Source of the DNA: Schmidtea polychroa
Lineage: Eukaryota
Assembly: GCA_044892525.1 (NCBI GenBank)
Contig: CM097885.1
Coordinates: 127,100,001-127,164,000, forward strand
Reading direction: 5' to 3'
Length of the DNA: 64,000 nucleotides
Under the pieces are notes generated by a model that was not told the origin of the DNA, ran no database searches, and worked only from the letters and a program-made list of their open reading frames with translations. The number at the start of each line of letters is the position of its first letter. The stretch's first letter is position 1. Made by a program: the position numbers and the translations under genes. Shown one piece after another: positions 13,430 to 26,623 of the stretch.

Positions 13430-14812
13430 GTCGGATCACAATCTAATTAATAAGTTATGAATCGAAGCACATTTTTAGATAATATACATCTATATCAATG
13501 TTATGATATTCAACTTTAAGTTGACAAAATTTTAAATTGCTGCATACATACATTCATAAAGGAAGAGAAATCAACGAATCAGAATTACATTACAAATTTC
13601 CTGTCGTTGTATCATTAATTAACCATACATAATAAATAAAAAATAATCGATAAATAATTATTAATGAAATATTTAAATATTTTCTGAAACAAAAGATAAA
13701 TCAAAGCCATTACCCAGTTCATTAGAAGCTAAGCACTTAACTTTACCAAAAAGTTTAGACTACGTATAAAAATTCAATTATTTTACTTATTTTAATATCC
13801 ATTTTCAAGACTGATTTATGCAATGATTAAGGTATCTTCTAGATGTAATACCTACATTTAACAATTAACATCATTCGTCAAATTTTTAATGACTTAATTT
13901 AATTTTTTCCAATACCATATTATTTACTTTTATATTCAATTATTACTGTTATGATATATTTAGATTACATATTTTGAAAATTAAAATCATACATATTGGA
14001 ATGTTGCGTAACACAAGTGACCTGTTTATCATTTAAATTTGAACTTAAAATTATTAAACATCATATGTTAATAAAAAGATTAAACATTATGGATAAATAT
14101 TACACAAAACATTTAACTTACCGTCCAAAAATATACCAAAACAAACAATGTTAAGTGATAAAATTTAAATGTATATCAGTAAACAGCCAAATCAATAAAA
14201 CAAATATTGGCACACAGTAAAAATAACTTTATTCAAATTTTTCATGGAAATTGATTAAAAATTTGTTGTAAATAATGTTAAATTATACATCAATTTCAGA
14301 AACATCAAAATTGAAATTACTACCATATTTAAATAACTTTTATATTAATTCAATAGTATCATAAAATTTGATAATTCATTTGCTAATTATATGGCTTAAA
14401 TTCAAGTATTTTTTTTCTTTCGGCTATCGGTTTAAATTTAAATTAAGTTAAAACGTACGGAAATAATTATTTAAATATTATTATAAAAAAAATTTTTTCC
14501 AATTTCACCACTGATTATTTTTCCATTGAATTTATTAAAAAGAGAGCTTCAAGACTATAAATCAGTAATATATTACTGATTATTAGTCTTCAAGCTCTTT
14601 TTTTAATATTAAGTATTATTATTTAGAAATTCGTTGCCTTGTTTTATTAAATAAGAAAATGGCTGGTTTTGATTTAAATAACAATTATATCAACAAACTT
14701 GTTCCTATTCTTAGCATGCATGTATTAGAAATATACAAATATATCTAATTATAATACCAGAAAGGTATCACTTATGTTGGCGTTTATTGGGAAGATAAAA
14801 CGAAAAGTCTAG

Positions 14813-15778
14813 TGTTGGGCTAAGAATCAATCTACCTTTTAATTCTTTTGTGTTTCAATCAACTGGGACGACCTACATAGCACGTAAAACGCACAAAGAA
14901 TATATTAAAATTAGTATGAAACACCGAATAAAACAAACATAAAAATAACATCGCTGAAAAAAGACAAGTAGCAGAAAATACCATCTTATCCATAGGATAT
15001 GTGGTATGTAAAGGCGGTCAGTCGATTAAAGAAGAATAAAAAGAAAAGAGAATTAAAATAAAAATAGTAAATTAAAGCCAAATAAAGAAATCAATCAAAA
15101 GGATTGAAAGTTAAGATCAAAAAATAGAAATAAGTTACGATCTAAAACACACATGATCGAACCTGATTGGTCGAATGCATGCACAAAACAACTATATAAA
15201 GGACCGTCTCAGCGACCATTTTACCACCTTTCTCTATTATAAACTGCTATCAATATCTTTTTAGCACCTATCATTCAGTTTTTGAGCAACTTTGTTAATC
15301 GATATTTATTACCACTATTTCCAACTAGTTATTTTCCAAAAGTTTGTATAGACTTCTTTTAGTAAAGCGACACTCAGTCGTTTCCACTTAGAACCATTCT
15401 GTTTTAAGTACTTCATATTTAGAAAATTTCCAAAATTCTGTTTGTAGTTATTTTGTTTTTTGCTGTTCTGAAATGACATTTCTATTAACCCACTGTTATT
15501 TTTGTGTGAAATATCGATTAGTTATTTGATAACTACACTTTTGTTAAATCTTTAGTGTACAGTGTAATTATTCTCGATCCCCGGATTTATTAGAATCGTT
15601 TTTAAATTTTTGAAATCGATTAGGACTATCGGTAAAATTTTAATTTTTTTATAAATTTTGTTGTATGATGATAATTCTTTTTAAATATATCACAGTTTCT
15701 CATAAAAATTATACAATTTTCAATGATTACTTGTTCTTTATCAATGATTTAATTTAAATATAGTTATAGTGTTTATAT
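14813..15778 (+). mobile_element. 5' part of a giant-family LTR (element H), truncated by element G
   Basis: Starts TGTTGGGCTA like the other LTRs; GATTGG and TATATAAA at about 15167-15200; no 3' end seen. Confidence 0.5.
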
Positions 15779-17989
15779 TGTTGGACTAGAACCCAAAATT
15801 GAGAGGATGTTTTAATGAATCGGAAATACATAACATAAAAACCTTACCAAGTTGAATTAAAATCCATGATCATACATCAAATAATATAAAATAAAGTACA
15901 TAACACATTGAGGATAAATAAAACACGTAAAATAAAATAAGGGAAAGCAAGAAGTTGCAATCACCAACACAGTTAAGATTAAATAACGTATGCTGGAAAT
16001 CTGCCCACTAGAAACATAATAGAATAATAAATAAAATTATAATTGATAATAAATTAATTAATGATATGGAAAGAAATTTTAAGAAGGATTATTGGTCGTA
16101 TTTACATACGAAAGACCACAATCGAATTAATTTGGAATGTTATGGCTCGCATTTACATACGAAGGAGCTATGACAATGAGTGCATATTTTAAGAAAAGTG
16201 TTGGGTGCCTGGGGCATGCCATCCATAACTGATGTAACTAGGGGTAACTATACGACCGACTCGACTCTTTCCCAGGCACCCAAAGTGATTTGTTTATAAT
16301 ATTCCCTCCTGTGTACCCATGACAATGAGTCATGTTGGTGATGTACACCGAGGTTGGAACCTGTGAGCAGGTGAGCCCCTGCGTTAGGACTACTCCTAAC
16401 AGCATTCGCGGTTCGGGTTCTAGAATGCCATAGAAGGACTTACATCGAGCGATAATTGCCTCTGGTCCAAGTGAGGTCTTTCAATGTTTTCACATGTTCA
16501 CGATACGGCCTTAGAAAAATTAACTAACTACTCAGATATCAACGAGACAACTTTTCACATTCAAACATTTATTATGTCTAACACAATTCCTGGATGCATC
16601 AAAAAATATATAAAAATATAACAAATTCACACTATAATACACTATCACAATTAGTTCACTAAAGGCTTTACAATATACATTTATCATGCAGGATTGAGTT
16701 CAAGTTGAACACTTTGGATAGAGTACTTGTATTTAAATATCTCCTTCCATCAATATCGCGGTGATATCGTTTTCCAGCACGGGGTCGGGAGTTGGTAAAG
16801 AGGCCGTAGCTGACACGACTTTGAATGAAGAAACTGGACCTGCGGGTGGAACTACTTTTGCCTGAGATACTGCGGACTGCAGGAATTTATTTTTACCCCG
16901 ACAGATATCCGGCTATTCCCCCTGAAATTGCTAGTGCCTCAATCACAACTACTGAAGTTCAACCATCCTGCCTGATCACACCCTGTATTTTTCGATCCTC
17001 TGATGCTACACATCTATGCTCCAAAGTTCTCGCTGGGTCATTAGTCCCCTGATCGACTCCCCTCATTCCTATTCTACTTGATAATCATAATCCACGTTCC
17101 CAACATCCTCGAAACTGGAATCGTTCCTACATCCCTACTATTGGTACTCCATATCCCCTCATGCTCTCTTTCTTCGGATTATAGTCAGATCGCTCAAATT
17201 AAACTCATGAATTTTTCACGGATATCATTCTTCATAACGCCACCACTCATACTAATTACACAATCGTCTCACTGGCACTAAATGAATCTCGAAACACTGT
17301 TATCCGCATCTGCATATCATCAAATCGGTCTTGGCAAAAATCAGTTCATGAACATCATTAAATAAATTTAATCATCATGTTTTCATATTTATATTAAACA
17401 AGACATTTCATCATAAATAATATATTCGAAAGAATAAAGAATAAGCTTTTAATTTAACATTATGATTAGAAATACCATGATAATAATAATAAAATAATAA
17501 AAAGAAATGCTTATAAATTACCACATTATAATATAATCAAATGAAATAAACTTCACATGGTTTCTTGTTTGAAGTCGAACTGGTAGTCTACAGTAGATTT
17601 GATATCGGTTAATTATTTCGTTGATGATAGTTAGGTCGAAAACTGGTTGCGTCGTAGTAATCTGAAGTGAAAATTTTAAAACTGAGGGAATTAGCCGCTC
17701 TGTTTTCTTATATACTGGATTCTGTCCAATCAGAATCCAGTGCGGTTGTATTATTTTATTTTTATTCATTTTTTCTTTTTTTATTCTTTTTTATGTTTTT
17801 CTTTATTATTTTTATCGATTTTGTTAGAGTTAAATCCAGCTTTAGATCCATCTTTAAATTTGCAGCAAAAATCTTGAAACTAACAATATATATTTAATCA
17901 AAGAATTTATAAATAACAAGTTTGAATTAATTCACAAAAACCGCAAATTCCTAATTATTAAAACAACAAGATATCTAACTCTCCCCTTC

Positions 17990-19171
17990 TTAAGACTTTT
18001 TCCATTTCTTCAGCCACTCGATTCTTCTTTCTTTCGTTCCTTCTTGTGAATGTAGTTCGACTCGATGAGGTGATAGAAATCTGGCGATTTTATATGGGCC
18101 ATCGTATTGCATACCATCCTTGTGCCTGTTCTGCGGCTCTTTACGTACGAGTACCTCCTCCCCCACCTCGAAAACACGAGTGCCCCTCTTTGTCTTATCC
18201 ATAGCTCTCATAGTGTCTGCGGCTTTACTCGAATTAAATCTCGCGTCTTCGATTCTTTCGCTTCTTGATATCTCGGCTTGTTTCAGGTTAGAGTGTAGGT
18301 TAACACTCCGTCCATAAATTATCTCAAATGGTGATAAACCTGTAGCACTTTGTCGACTGCTATTTATAGTGAACTCTATTCTGGGTAGAAGTTCGTGCCA
18401 GTTTCTCTCTTCACATCCGCCTGCCAATGTTGCTGTAATAAGATCTCTTATCGTTCGTATGGCTCTTTCGGCTAAACCATTTGATTGGTGCTGATAAGGT
18501 GAGCTGAATTCCTGTTTGATTCCAAGTTTCTGTAGCTTCTGTCTTAGGAAATTCCCTTCGAAATTTCGGCCTCTATCTGTTAAAATACTTTTCGGTTTTC
18601 CAAATCGATAGATCCAACTATTAAGTATTGTTTTGAAAATGGTCCCTTCGTCTTGCTTTGTGATTGCAGTTAAAGAAATAAGTTTGCTAAAACGGTCCAC
18701 CATTACTACCATATATATTTTTTGGCGTTTATTTCCATGTAAGCCACATCTATAACAATCTGTTCTAGGAATTCAGAGCTATATCTAGGAATAAATGTTT
18801 CCTTGGTTCTTGTCTGATCGATCTTTCTCTTAGCGCAGATCTCGCAACATTGGATTGTTTCTTGGATTTTCGGCCAATAAAATATCTTTTCCATATAATG
18901 AAATAATTTCTTAACTCCAATGTGACATAGTTCTTCATGTAGCGTTGTTGTTAACAGGCCTGCAAATGTTTCTGGGACTAACATTAAGATATTTTTGTTC
19001 TTTTCTACTGTTATTAATCCTCCATCAATTTGTGTATTTTTTACGTTAAAAGGAAAACAATTCTTTTTCTCCCGTGTACATCCATTTTCCAATATCTCTC
19101 GCAGCTCTCGAAACCGAATGTCCTTTTGTTGTTGTTCCCATACTTTTTCCATAGCTTCTGTTTTTTGGATA

Positions 19172-19258
<87 letters not shown>

Positions 19259-20489
19259 CTTTGATTTTCCTTCCTTAGCTTCTTCATGTCTTGTTTGACA
19301 CTGGGTGCAAACCATACTTTTTAATCTTGATAGTCCATCTGCATTTGAGTGTTCTTCGCCTTTCCGATATTTTAGTTCAAAATCATATTCCGACAGGTTA
19401 GCTAACCATGTTTGGAATTGCGGACTGATTGGCGTTTTTGTAGTGTTCATGAAAACCAATGCCTTGTGGTCGGTGCGAATTAAGAATTTTTCCCGTACAT
19501 TTATTCTCTAAAATGCATGACGTATTCATGTACGGCGAGCAGTTCTTTCCTGGTTACACAGTATCCTTTTTCATGTGATGACATATATCTCGAGCCATAA
19601 GCTATGACAGATTCTTCTCCATCTTCTGTAATTTGACTCAAAACTGCACCAATGGCTCCGAAAAAAGTCCTATCTTCTCTTGGAAAATCAAGGATAGGTG
19701 CTTCGCACAACCGTCTCTTCAGAGTTTGGAAGCTCTCATTGCATTCTTTAGTCCAATTTATATCTTTATCGCATCCAGATGTTGCAGCGTATAATGGTTC
19801 GGCGATTTTGGCATCGTCTTTGATGAATCTTTTATAGTAGTTCGTTAATCCGAGAAACAATCTCAATTGTTTTGAACATTTTGGTACTTCTGCTTTCTAG
19901 ATCTCTTCCACTTTCTTCCTGTTTGTCTGGATACCCATCTCGTTAATTGTGTGACCAAGGAAACACAATTCTCTTTTATTGAATTTGCATTTTTCTGGAT
20001 TTATCTTCAGTCCTGCCAATTTAATTCTTCTGAATATTTCCCTTAATAGCTCATCGTGGTCTTTATGACTTTTACCATATCCCTTGAATAGCATTCCTTC
20101 TAGCACTGTGTGCATCAGTTTCTGGAATGTCGCAGGAGCTGTTGCTAAGCCAAACGGTAGTCTATTGAAGCAAAATTGTCCTTCTCTTGTACTGAATGCA
20201 GTCATTTCTTGAATTTCTGGAGCCAACTCCACTTGATAATACGCCTGACCTAAATCAATTGACGAAAATACTTTTGCATTCGCGAGACAGTCTAGTAAGA
20301 ATTTGGTGTTAGGCATAGGAAATGACTGTTTTCCGTTATGGAATTTAATCCACGATAATCTACACACATCCTGATAGATCCATCTTTCTTCCCTACTATC
20401 ACTAACGGGGCATTCCAAGGACTCTTGCAACATCGAATAACATTTGCTTTCATTAACTCTTTTATCAGTTCTTCAATCCTTTTCTCCAT
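17990..20489 (-). pseudogene. Gypsy pol (RT-RNase H-integrase), frameshifted
   Basis: [65 protein letters not shown]...CEIC, ILTDRGRNF, SNGLAERAIR, GPYKI. Confidence 0.92.
19173..19256. repeat. (TA)n microsatellite inside pol
   Basis: About 42 TA units between RNase H and integrase; explains the YIYIYI ORF artefacts. Confidence 0.97.
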
Positions 20490-21392
20490 CTTTAAATTTG
20501 CAGCAAAAATCTTGAAACTAACAATATATATTTAATCAAAGAATTTATAAATAACAAGTTTTAATTAATTCACAAAAACCGCAAATTCCTAATTATTAAA
20601 ACAACAAGATATCTAACTGTTAGTAACTAATTTTTCTATTCTAATTTTTCTTTCTTTTGTTGATTTTTGGGGTATTTTCTGGCGTTTTTCTATCTTGTTT
20701 GTTTTTCCTTAATTCTTATTTCTATTTTTGGGCTTGATATTATTATTTAATTTTCTCGTTATTTCTTTCTTTTATTATTATTATTTTTTTATTATTTTTC
20801 TTCTTGGATAATTATTTTGGGTTTTTATTAAATTTTTCGTTATTTTCTCTTTACTCTTCCTTTCTACTTGGCTAATTTCCTCCTCCCTTAATTCTTATTT
20901 AGTATAAATAACTCATTGAAAATCAGCCCAACAAAAGGAACAGGAAAAATTTATTTAAAAGTTAAATGAAATAAAATAAAGAAATAAATACATTTAAAAA
21001 TTGAACTAAAGAAATTCCAGTAGAACTGATAAAATAATAAAAATAAAAAATAAAATTAGTGGAAATTATGTAAATTATAAGATTTATAAAATTAAATCGT
21101 TAAAAATAATAAAAATTAAAATACATTAGTTAACATTATGTAAATTATGAAGTTTATAGAATTAAATGGTTAAAATTAGTGAAAATTAAAATAAAATTAG
21201 CAAAAATTATTTAAATTATAAAATATACAAAATTAAATTGTTGAAATTAATAAAAATTAAATTAATTAAATCAATTAAATTAAAAATAAATAATTACACA
21301 CACTCATGCATGTGTGCAAAAGTGATTCAAATTTTACTGTATTCTAATTGGATCTAGTGGCAGAGAATGCATGGATGCACAATCAAAATCAG

Positions 21393-21530
21393 TATAAATA
21401 CTGATTACAAATTCAGTTAAACAGCTTAACTAAACTGGTTTTTAACTTGTTAACGTGTTATTTTGAGTAAACAAATCTGGTGCTTGTTTATGCAGCTTTC
21501 AGTTTTTTGTTTTATGCCATCATGGTAAGT
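21393..21530 (+). promoter_or_regulatory. Element G promoter/leader: TATA box within a palindrome, first exon ending ATG|GTAAGT
   Basis: AATCAGTATAAATACTGATT with an upstream ATTGG; the same arrangement is inverted at 46485-46660. Confidence 0.5.
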
Positions 21531-22843
21531 TGAATTGGATTTTGGTAATTTTATGTAAAGTGTAATTTTATATAGATCATAATTTTATGTAATGTCATGA
21601 TTTAATAAAACCTTAAATTTAATTTTGTTTAGTTTTTTTTGTATTATTCATTTTATTGTTTATTTCATTTTTGAATTTTTAGTATAGAGTCATTTTATGA
21701 AATTTTTATGATTTATGAATGTCCCCAGATTAGAAAACGTTCGTGAACCGTTGGCACTCGTGCTGATGCGACAGCGGATGTTGAACAGTTTGGCACATCA
21801 TTTTTATGGAATATAGTTAAAGATAGGGTTTTTATGACTGAGATCGGTTAGAAGTAGATAAGGTTCAGTTTGAGCAATATTATAGCACCTACGAGTGGTC
21901 AAGGTGTCAAATAGGTCAGAATTGGAAATATAGGCAGATCCCTGCTCAAATATTTAAAAGATAGGTTGAATATTTGCAGGTATTGCATAGTTTAATAGAA
22001 TGACATTTATTAACTGTGAAAAAAAGGCGGATCCCTGCGCAATATTTTGGAAGAAAACATTTAGTAATGGGGACCACAACTAAATGAATACATGACAATA
22101 ATCTAACAATAGAATAGATAATAAATAATGACGTAAGACCTTCCATCGGCAGTCCAGAACAATACATCCAAACAATAATCATGAAGGCGTTTAGGAAGGA
22201 TTCGCGGAAAGATCCATAAATGCCCCTAATACATTTAAACATGACACAACCCTTAACGATCCAACAATATATAAATTTTTCTTTTTCTCATTTGTAAATC
22301 CTACTAACGACCCTATGATAGTAATGATGATACTAATCACCATAGTAATAACCAAGATTTTAATAGGGATTATAATAATAGAATTTTAATAAACCTATTG
22401 ATATTCATAGTAATTATAATGATGAGGATTCCAAAAAAATATTTATACTCGTGAGAAGTTTGAATTTAAGAATTATTATCAAAATAATTGTAATAGTAAG
22501 ATTGATAATAACGATAATTATAAGTACAAGAATTATAATAATAAAGAATAGTACTAACCACTATAACAATAACAAAAATTCTGTAGAGTTACTCTACCTC
22601 ACTGGGATCCCTTTAATTATTTAATTATTTTCTTCCTTTTGTTAATCGTTTATTCTCACTTATTCTTTATTTTCGCTATCTTTTAATTCATTTTCCTTTT
22701 CTGTTTCTCTTTCTCACTACAATTTTATTATCTTCTACCACGAGCTCGTTTATTCCTCTCTAAATTCAAATTCCCGTATCTAATTTCATTTCGTTTCTAG
22801 CTAGCTTTAATATTCTATCTCATCTTAATTTCTAGGCCTTTAC

Positions 22844-23508
22844 GACTGGCTGGCACTTCTCAACAACTCAGTCTTAATAATTCCTGACCGGCTGGACTTC
22901 TCAACAACTCAGTCTTAATACTCCTGACCGGCTGGACTTCTCACAACTCGGCCTTAATAACCTGACTGGCTGGACTTCTCAACAACTCAGTCTTAATACT
23001 CCTGACCGGCTGGACTTCTCACAACTCAGTCTTAATAATCCTGACCGGCTGGACTTCTCAACAACTCAGTCTTAATGTTCCTGATCGGCTGGACTTCTCA
23101 CAACTCGGTCTTAATAACCTGACTGGCTGGACTTCTCACAACTCGGCCTTAATAACCTGACTGGCTGGACTTCTCAACAACTCAGTCTTAATGTTCCTGA
23201 TCGGCTGGACTTCTCACAACTCGGTCTTAATAACCTGACTGGCTGGACTTCTCACAACTCGGCCTTAATAACCTGACTGGCTGGACTTCTCAACAACTCA
23301 GTCTTAATGTTCCTGATCGGCTGGACTTCTCACAACTCGGTCTTAATAACCTGACTGGCTGGACTTCTCAACAACTCAGTCTTAATACTCCTGACCGGCT
23401 GGACTTCTCACAACTCGGCCTTAATAACCTGACTGGCTGGACTTCTCAACAACTCAGTCTTAATGTTCCTGACCGGCTGGACTTCTCACAGCTCGGCCTT
23501 AATAATCC
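22844..23508. repeat. Minisatellite of 38-40 bp units, about 17 copies
   Basis: CTGGACTTCTCA(A)CAACTC(A/G)G(T/C)CTTAAT...CCTGA(C/T)(C/T)GG in tandem, with no unique spacers. Confidence 0.95.
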
Positions 23509-23664
23509 CTAACATGCATGTTTTATTCTCCATTTCTCTGTTTGTCCTAGGCTCACTATTTTTGTTGTCTTTACTTTAGTCACTGTACACTTTCTAAACG
23601 TTTATCCCCCTGCATGCCTGTTTTTTACTGCTTTTACTGGTTTTCCTCACTCACCTGACTCCGG

Positions 23665-23877
23665 ATTCGCATCTATTATTCGCATCTATTATTCGCATCT
23701 ATTATTCGCATCTATTATTCGCATCTATTATTCGCATCTATTATTCGCATCTATTATTCGCATCTATTATTCGCATCTATTATTCGCATCTATTATTCGC
23801 ATCTATTATTCGCATCTATTATTCGCATCTGTTATTCGCATCTATTATTCGCATTTATCATTCGCATCTATTATTCG
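23665..23877. repeat. 13-bp tandem repeat (ATTCGCATCTATT), about 16 copies
   Basis: Directly visible and nearly homogeneous. Confidence 0.95.
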
Positions 23878-26623
23878 TTTTCCTTTGACTATCTTTGTCC
23901 CCTATTATTCTGCCTACCGGTAATCGTATCAATTTGGTCTTTAAGCTCTAATTGTTTCTATTTACTTCTCAGTATTTTGTTCTCGTGTCCTCTCTACAAT
24001 ATTTGCCAAACGTCCATTTCTCTGATTGATTTTCCTTACTCTTAAATAAGCGTAGATTTTTATGTTTTGATTTTTCGCATTATTTTATCTTTGTTTATGG
24101 TGATCGGTCCTCTACTTTTATTATATATCATTTTGGTTGGGGTGTATACACCGATATATGCAATTATCTATATACGATTGGTCCTCTTTTTGGCACTCAG
24201 TTCTGCCATTACCGTCTCTTTTCAATGTTATGACCATGCTAATAGTTCGTTGTTTTTTCTCCTTTGCGCAAAATACAGATACGGTGTTCTTCTGCTCATT
24301 CCACCTCCCTCTCGGAATATTTTAATCTTCATCTTATAACAATTTTTTATGAATACTATGCTGGATTTATTTAACTATTTGTACTTTATCTTCAGCTCTC
24401 TGCGTTTTCCTTTCCCCGTTTCCTTTTCCCGTCTGATATTCTCCGTTACATTCTGACCATATCTTTCTCTCTTTGTTTTCCTCAGTTTTCTTAGTAGTTC
24501 ATTTCTTGCATTTGGCTTTATCATTAGAGTTGTTCTATTTCTCTTCACTTTAGTTCAATTTTTCCTCTCTGGTCCTTGATTATTCTCTCACGAACAAATT
24601 CATTGTTCAAATTTTCGATTAGATTGTTCCTCCATGAGATTCTTTGCTTCTGTATAGCTAATGTTATTTACGATAATATGACGCTTTTCTACTTCCATAT
24701 TTCTCCTGTGGTGGTATTGGGATTGATTTCCATTGTGATCCGTTTCATTCTATTAATTCACCTACATTGATTCATAATCTTTTATCTGAATTTTATTTCA
24801 TTTTACTTTCCGAAGTTATATACTAATTATACCGCGCTGATATATATACATATATTTTTATATAATCATATACCTTTATATATTCATTGTTCACACTATA
24901 TATAGTCATAACCCTTTCTATGTATGTGCGTTCGTAATTCGTGATACTTTCTAGATATCTTCCCACTGTTCTTAGTTTAGTGTTCTGTACTCTTTCATTT
25001 ACTGTATATTTCACCCGTCTGGTTCTAATTGTTACCCATTCTCTATCGTTGACGTTGGATAATTTTTCATAGTTCGTTCCTGTTACTAATATGAGCATCG
25101 TATGTATAACTGTCTTGTATATTCATATTATTTTGGCTAACCTTGAGCTTCCTGGTTTCTTTCACTGGATCATTTTCGTTGATACCTATCATGTCGTTCT
25201 CGTATCTTGTATATTTACTTTCATTGATTTCTCTCTATACTCTCTAATACTTTGTTAAGGTCTTACGTCATTATTCACTATGTATGCTGGTTTTAGATCA
25301 TTTGTGGTCCTCAATTACGGGTATTTCCTATTGTTCTCTTACAAAATTTTTCGCAGGGATCCGCCCTTATCTTTCATCTAATGATTATTATTTAAGCAGG
25401 GATTGGCCCTTATTCATAAGTTAATAAACATGTTTCCACACCTCTCATGGAAATTTGAGCAGGGATCTGCCTGTATTTCTAATTCTGAACGATCGAATAT
25501 CTTAACTATTCATGGTTTCTATAAAATTGTCTAAACCTACTTCCTCTACCGACAACGGCTCATAACTATTCCAATATTTCTCCTAACTCAAAAATATCTA
25601 CGAAAATAAAAGTCCTATACTTTCTAACTCTAAATAGGGCCCTAAACTATCGCAAATTGATTTCCCCCCTCTGACCGTTCATATCCCTATCTATATTCCC
25701 TACCCGATGGACTCAACTAGCGAAATATCTGCCAACCAACAGCACGTAGTGCCGCCCGTCCACAAACCTTCCCCCAGCCCAGACCATCGACACATTAATT
25801 TCATAAAAACCAACCTACATTATCATATTATAAAAAAAAAATCATAAACAAGACTCCAGAATTAATTAAAAACAAATCCAATTAAAAAATTTTATTCAAT
25901 CCTACAAATTATATCATATAAATTTGTCATTAATAAAATCAAACTCATCTTACTCCTATTAAAATATTATTCCAAGTGGTGGGTTACTGATGATCAAATA
26001 TTTTGCTCTTTAGTGCTGTTGCCAGCGTAACCCAAGATACAACATTGTTTACCGCTTGATACCCGTTGAATGATCAACGTTGGTACTGTATCAAGAGGGT
26101 GAGTGCTCGCAAAAAGTGAGCGCACTACTTGCACTGTAATTGTCGAGCACTCTACTGGGTTCACGGACTGCCGATAGAAGGCTTGTGTCCGATTTGGCCT
26201 GGTCCCTTCACCAGATTGTCTTCCCAATACCATACCCTATTCATCCCCCTTATCTCCCACATACATCATTTTTTCCAATTCATGCACACACGCTCATGTT
26301 TCATGTCAACTCTCTAGTGAAAGTTAATAATTATTTATTAAAACACCACACATAATTCAGGTTTATGTTGGGTTAATTTCCCGTTCAATCAAAATACCAA
26401 AAATTAATACTTAATTTTAATTCAGGCAATCCAGATTAAATTAAAGTTGAGTTTAATTATCCATATTTCTTTTCCTTTTAAAAATTAAATTTTCAATTAA
26501 TAATAGAAATAAAAATTTAATCCCAGGTGTTTAAATCACCTATTTATAATTAACATAATTTTGATAATTTGAAATATTTTCTTTTTAACAAACCATTTTT
26601 TTATATATTAGTAATATTTTGCA

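Larger units (their letters stand above)
17612..20617 (-). mobile_element. Internally deleted Ty3/Gypsy element C with AGT-starting LTR
   Basis: PPT AGAAGGGGAG (17981-17990) abuts an LTR starting AGTTAGATATC. About 130 bp of the same LTR (20488-20617) is fused to pol through AAAGATGGA microhomology. Probable TSD GTTA; left boundary uncertain. Confidence 0.7.
16199..20933 (-). mobile_element. Solo LTR B (about 1.7 kb net) carrying nested Gypsy C
   Basis: TGTTGGGTG...CAGCCCAACA termini; exact 4-bp TSD AAAG; conserved U5 block at 16360-16450. Confidence 0.8.
15779..22600 (+). mobile_element. Giant-family LTR element G (interrupted by B; 3' end lost)
   Basis: Starts TGTTGGACTAGAAC; resumes after the AAAG TSD at 20934; promoter at 21290-21530 and decayed coding region at 21720-22260 are homologous to inverted element E. 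Right limit is approximate. Confidence 0.5.

Noticed and set aside
18706-19459. ORFs with YIYIYI runs
   Set aside because: Translation of the (TA)n microsatellite inside pol.
22844-23508. CRISPR-like appearance of the 38-40 bp array
   Set aside because: Units are contiguous with no unique spacers, there are no cas genes, and the context is eukaryotic.
25981-25997. CTGATGA near the LTR end as a hammerhead ribozyme core
   Set aside because: No correctly placed stem II, GAAA and NUH could be built, and the heptamer is not conserved in related LTR ends.
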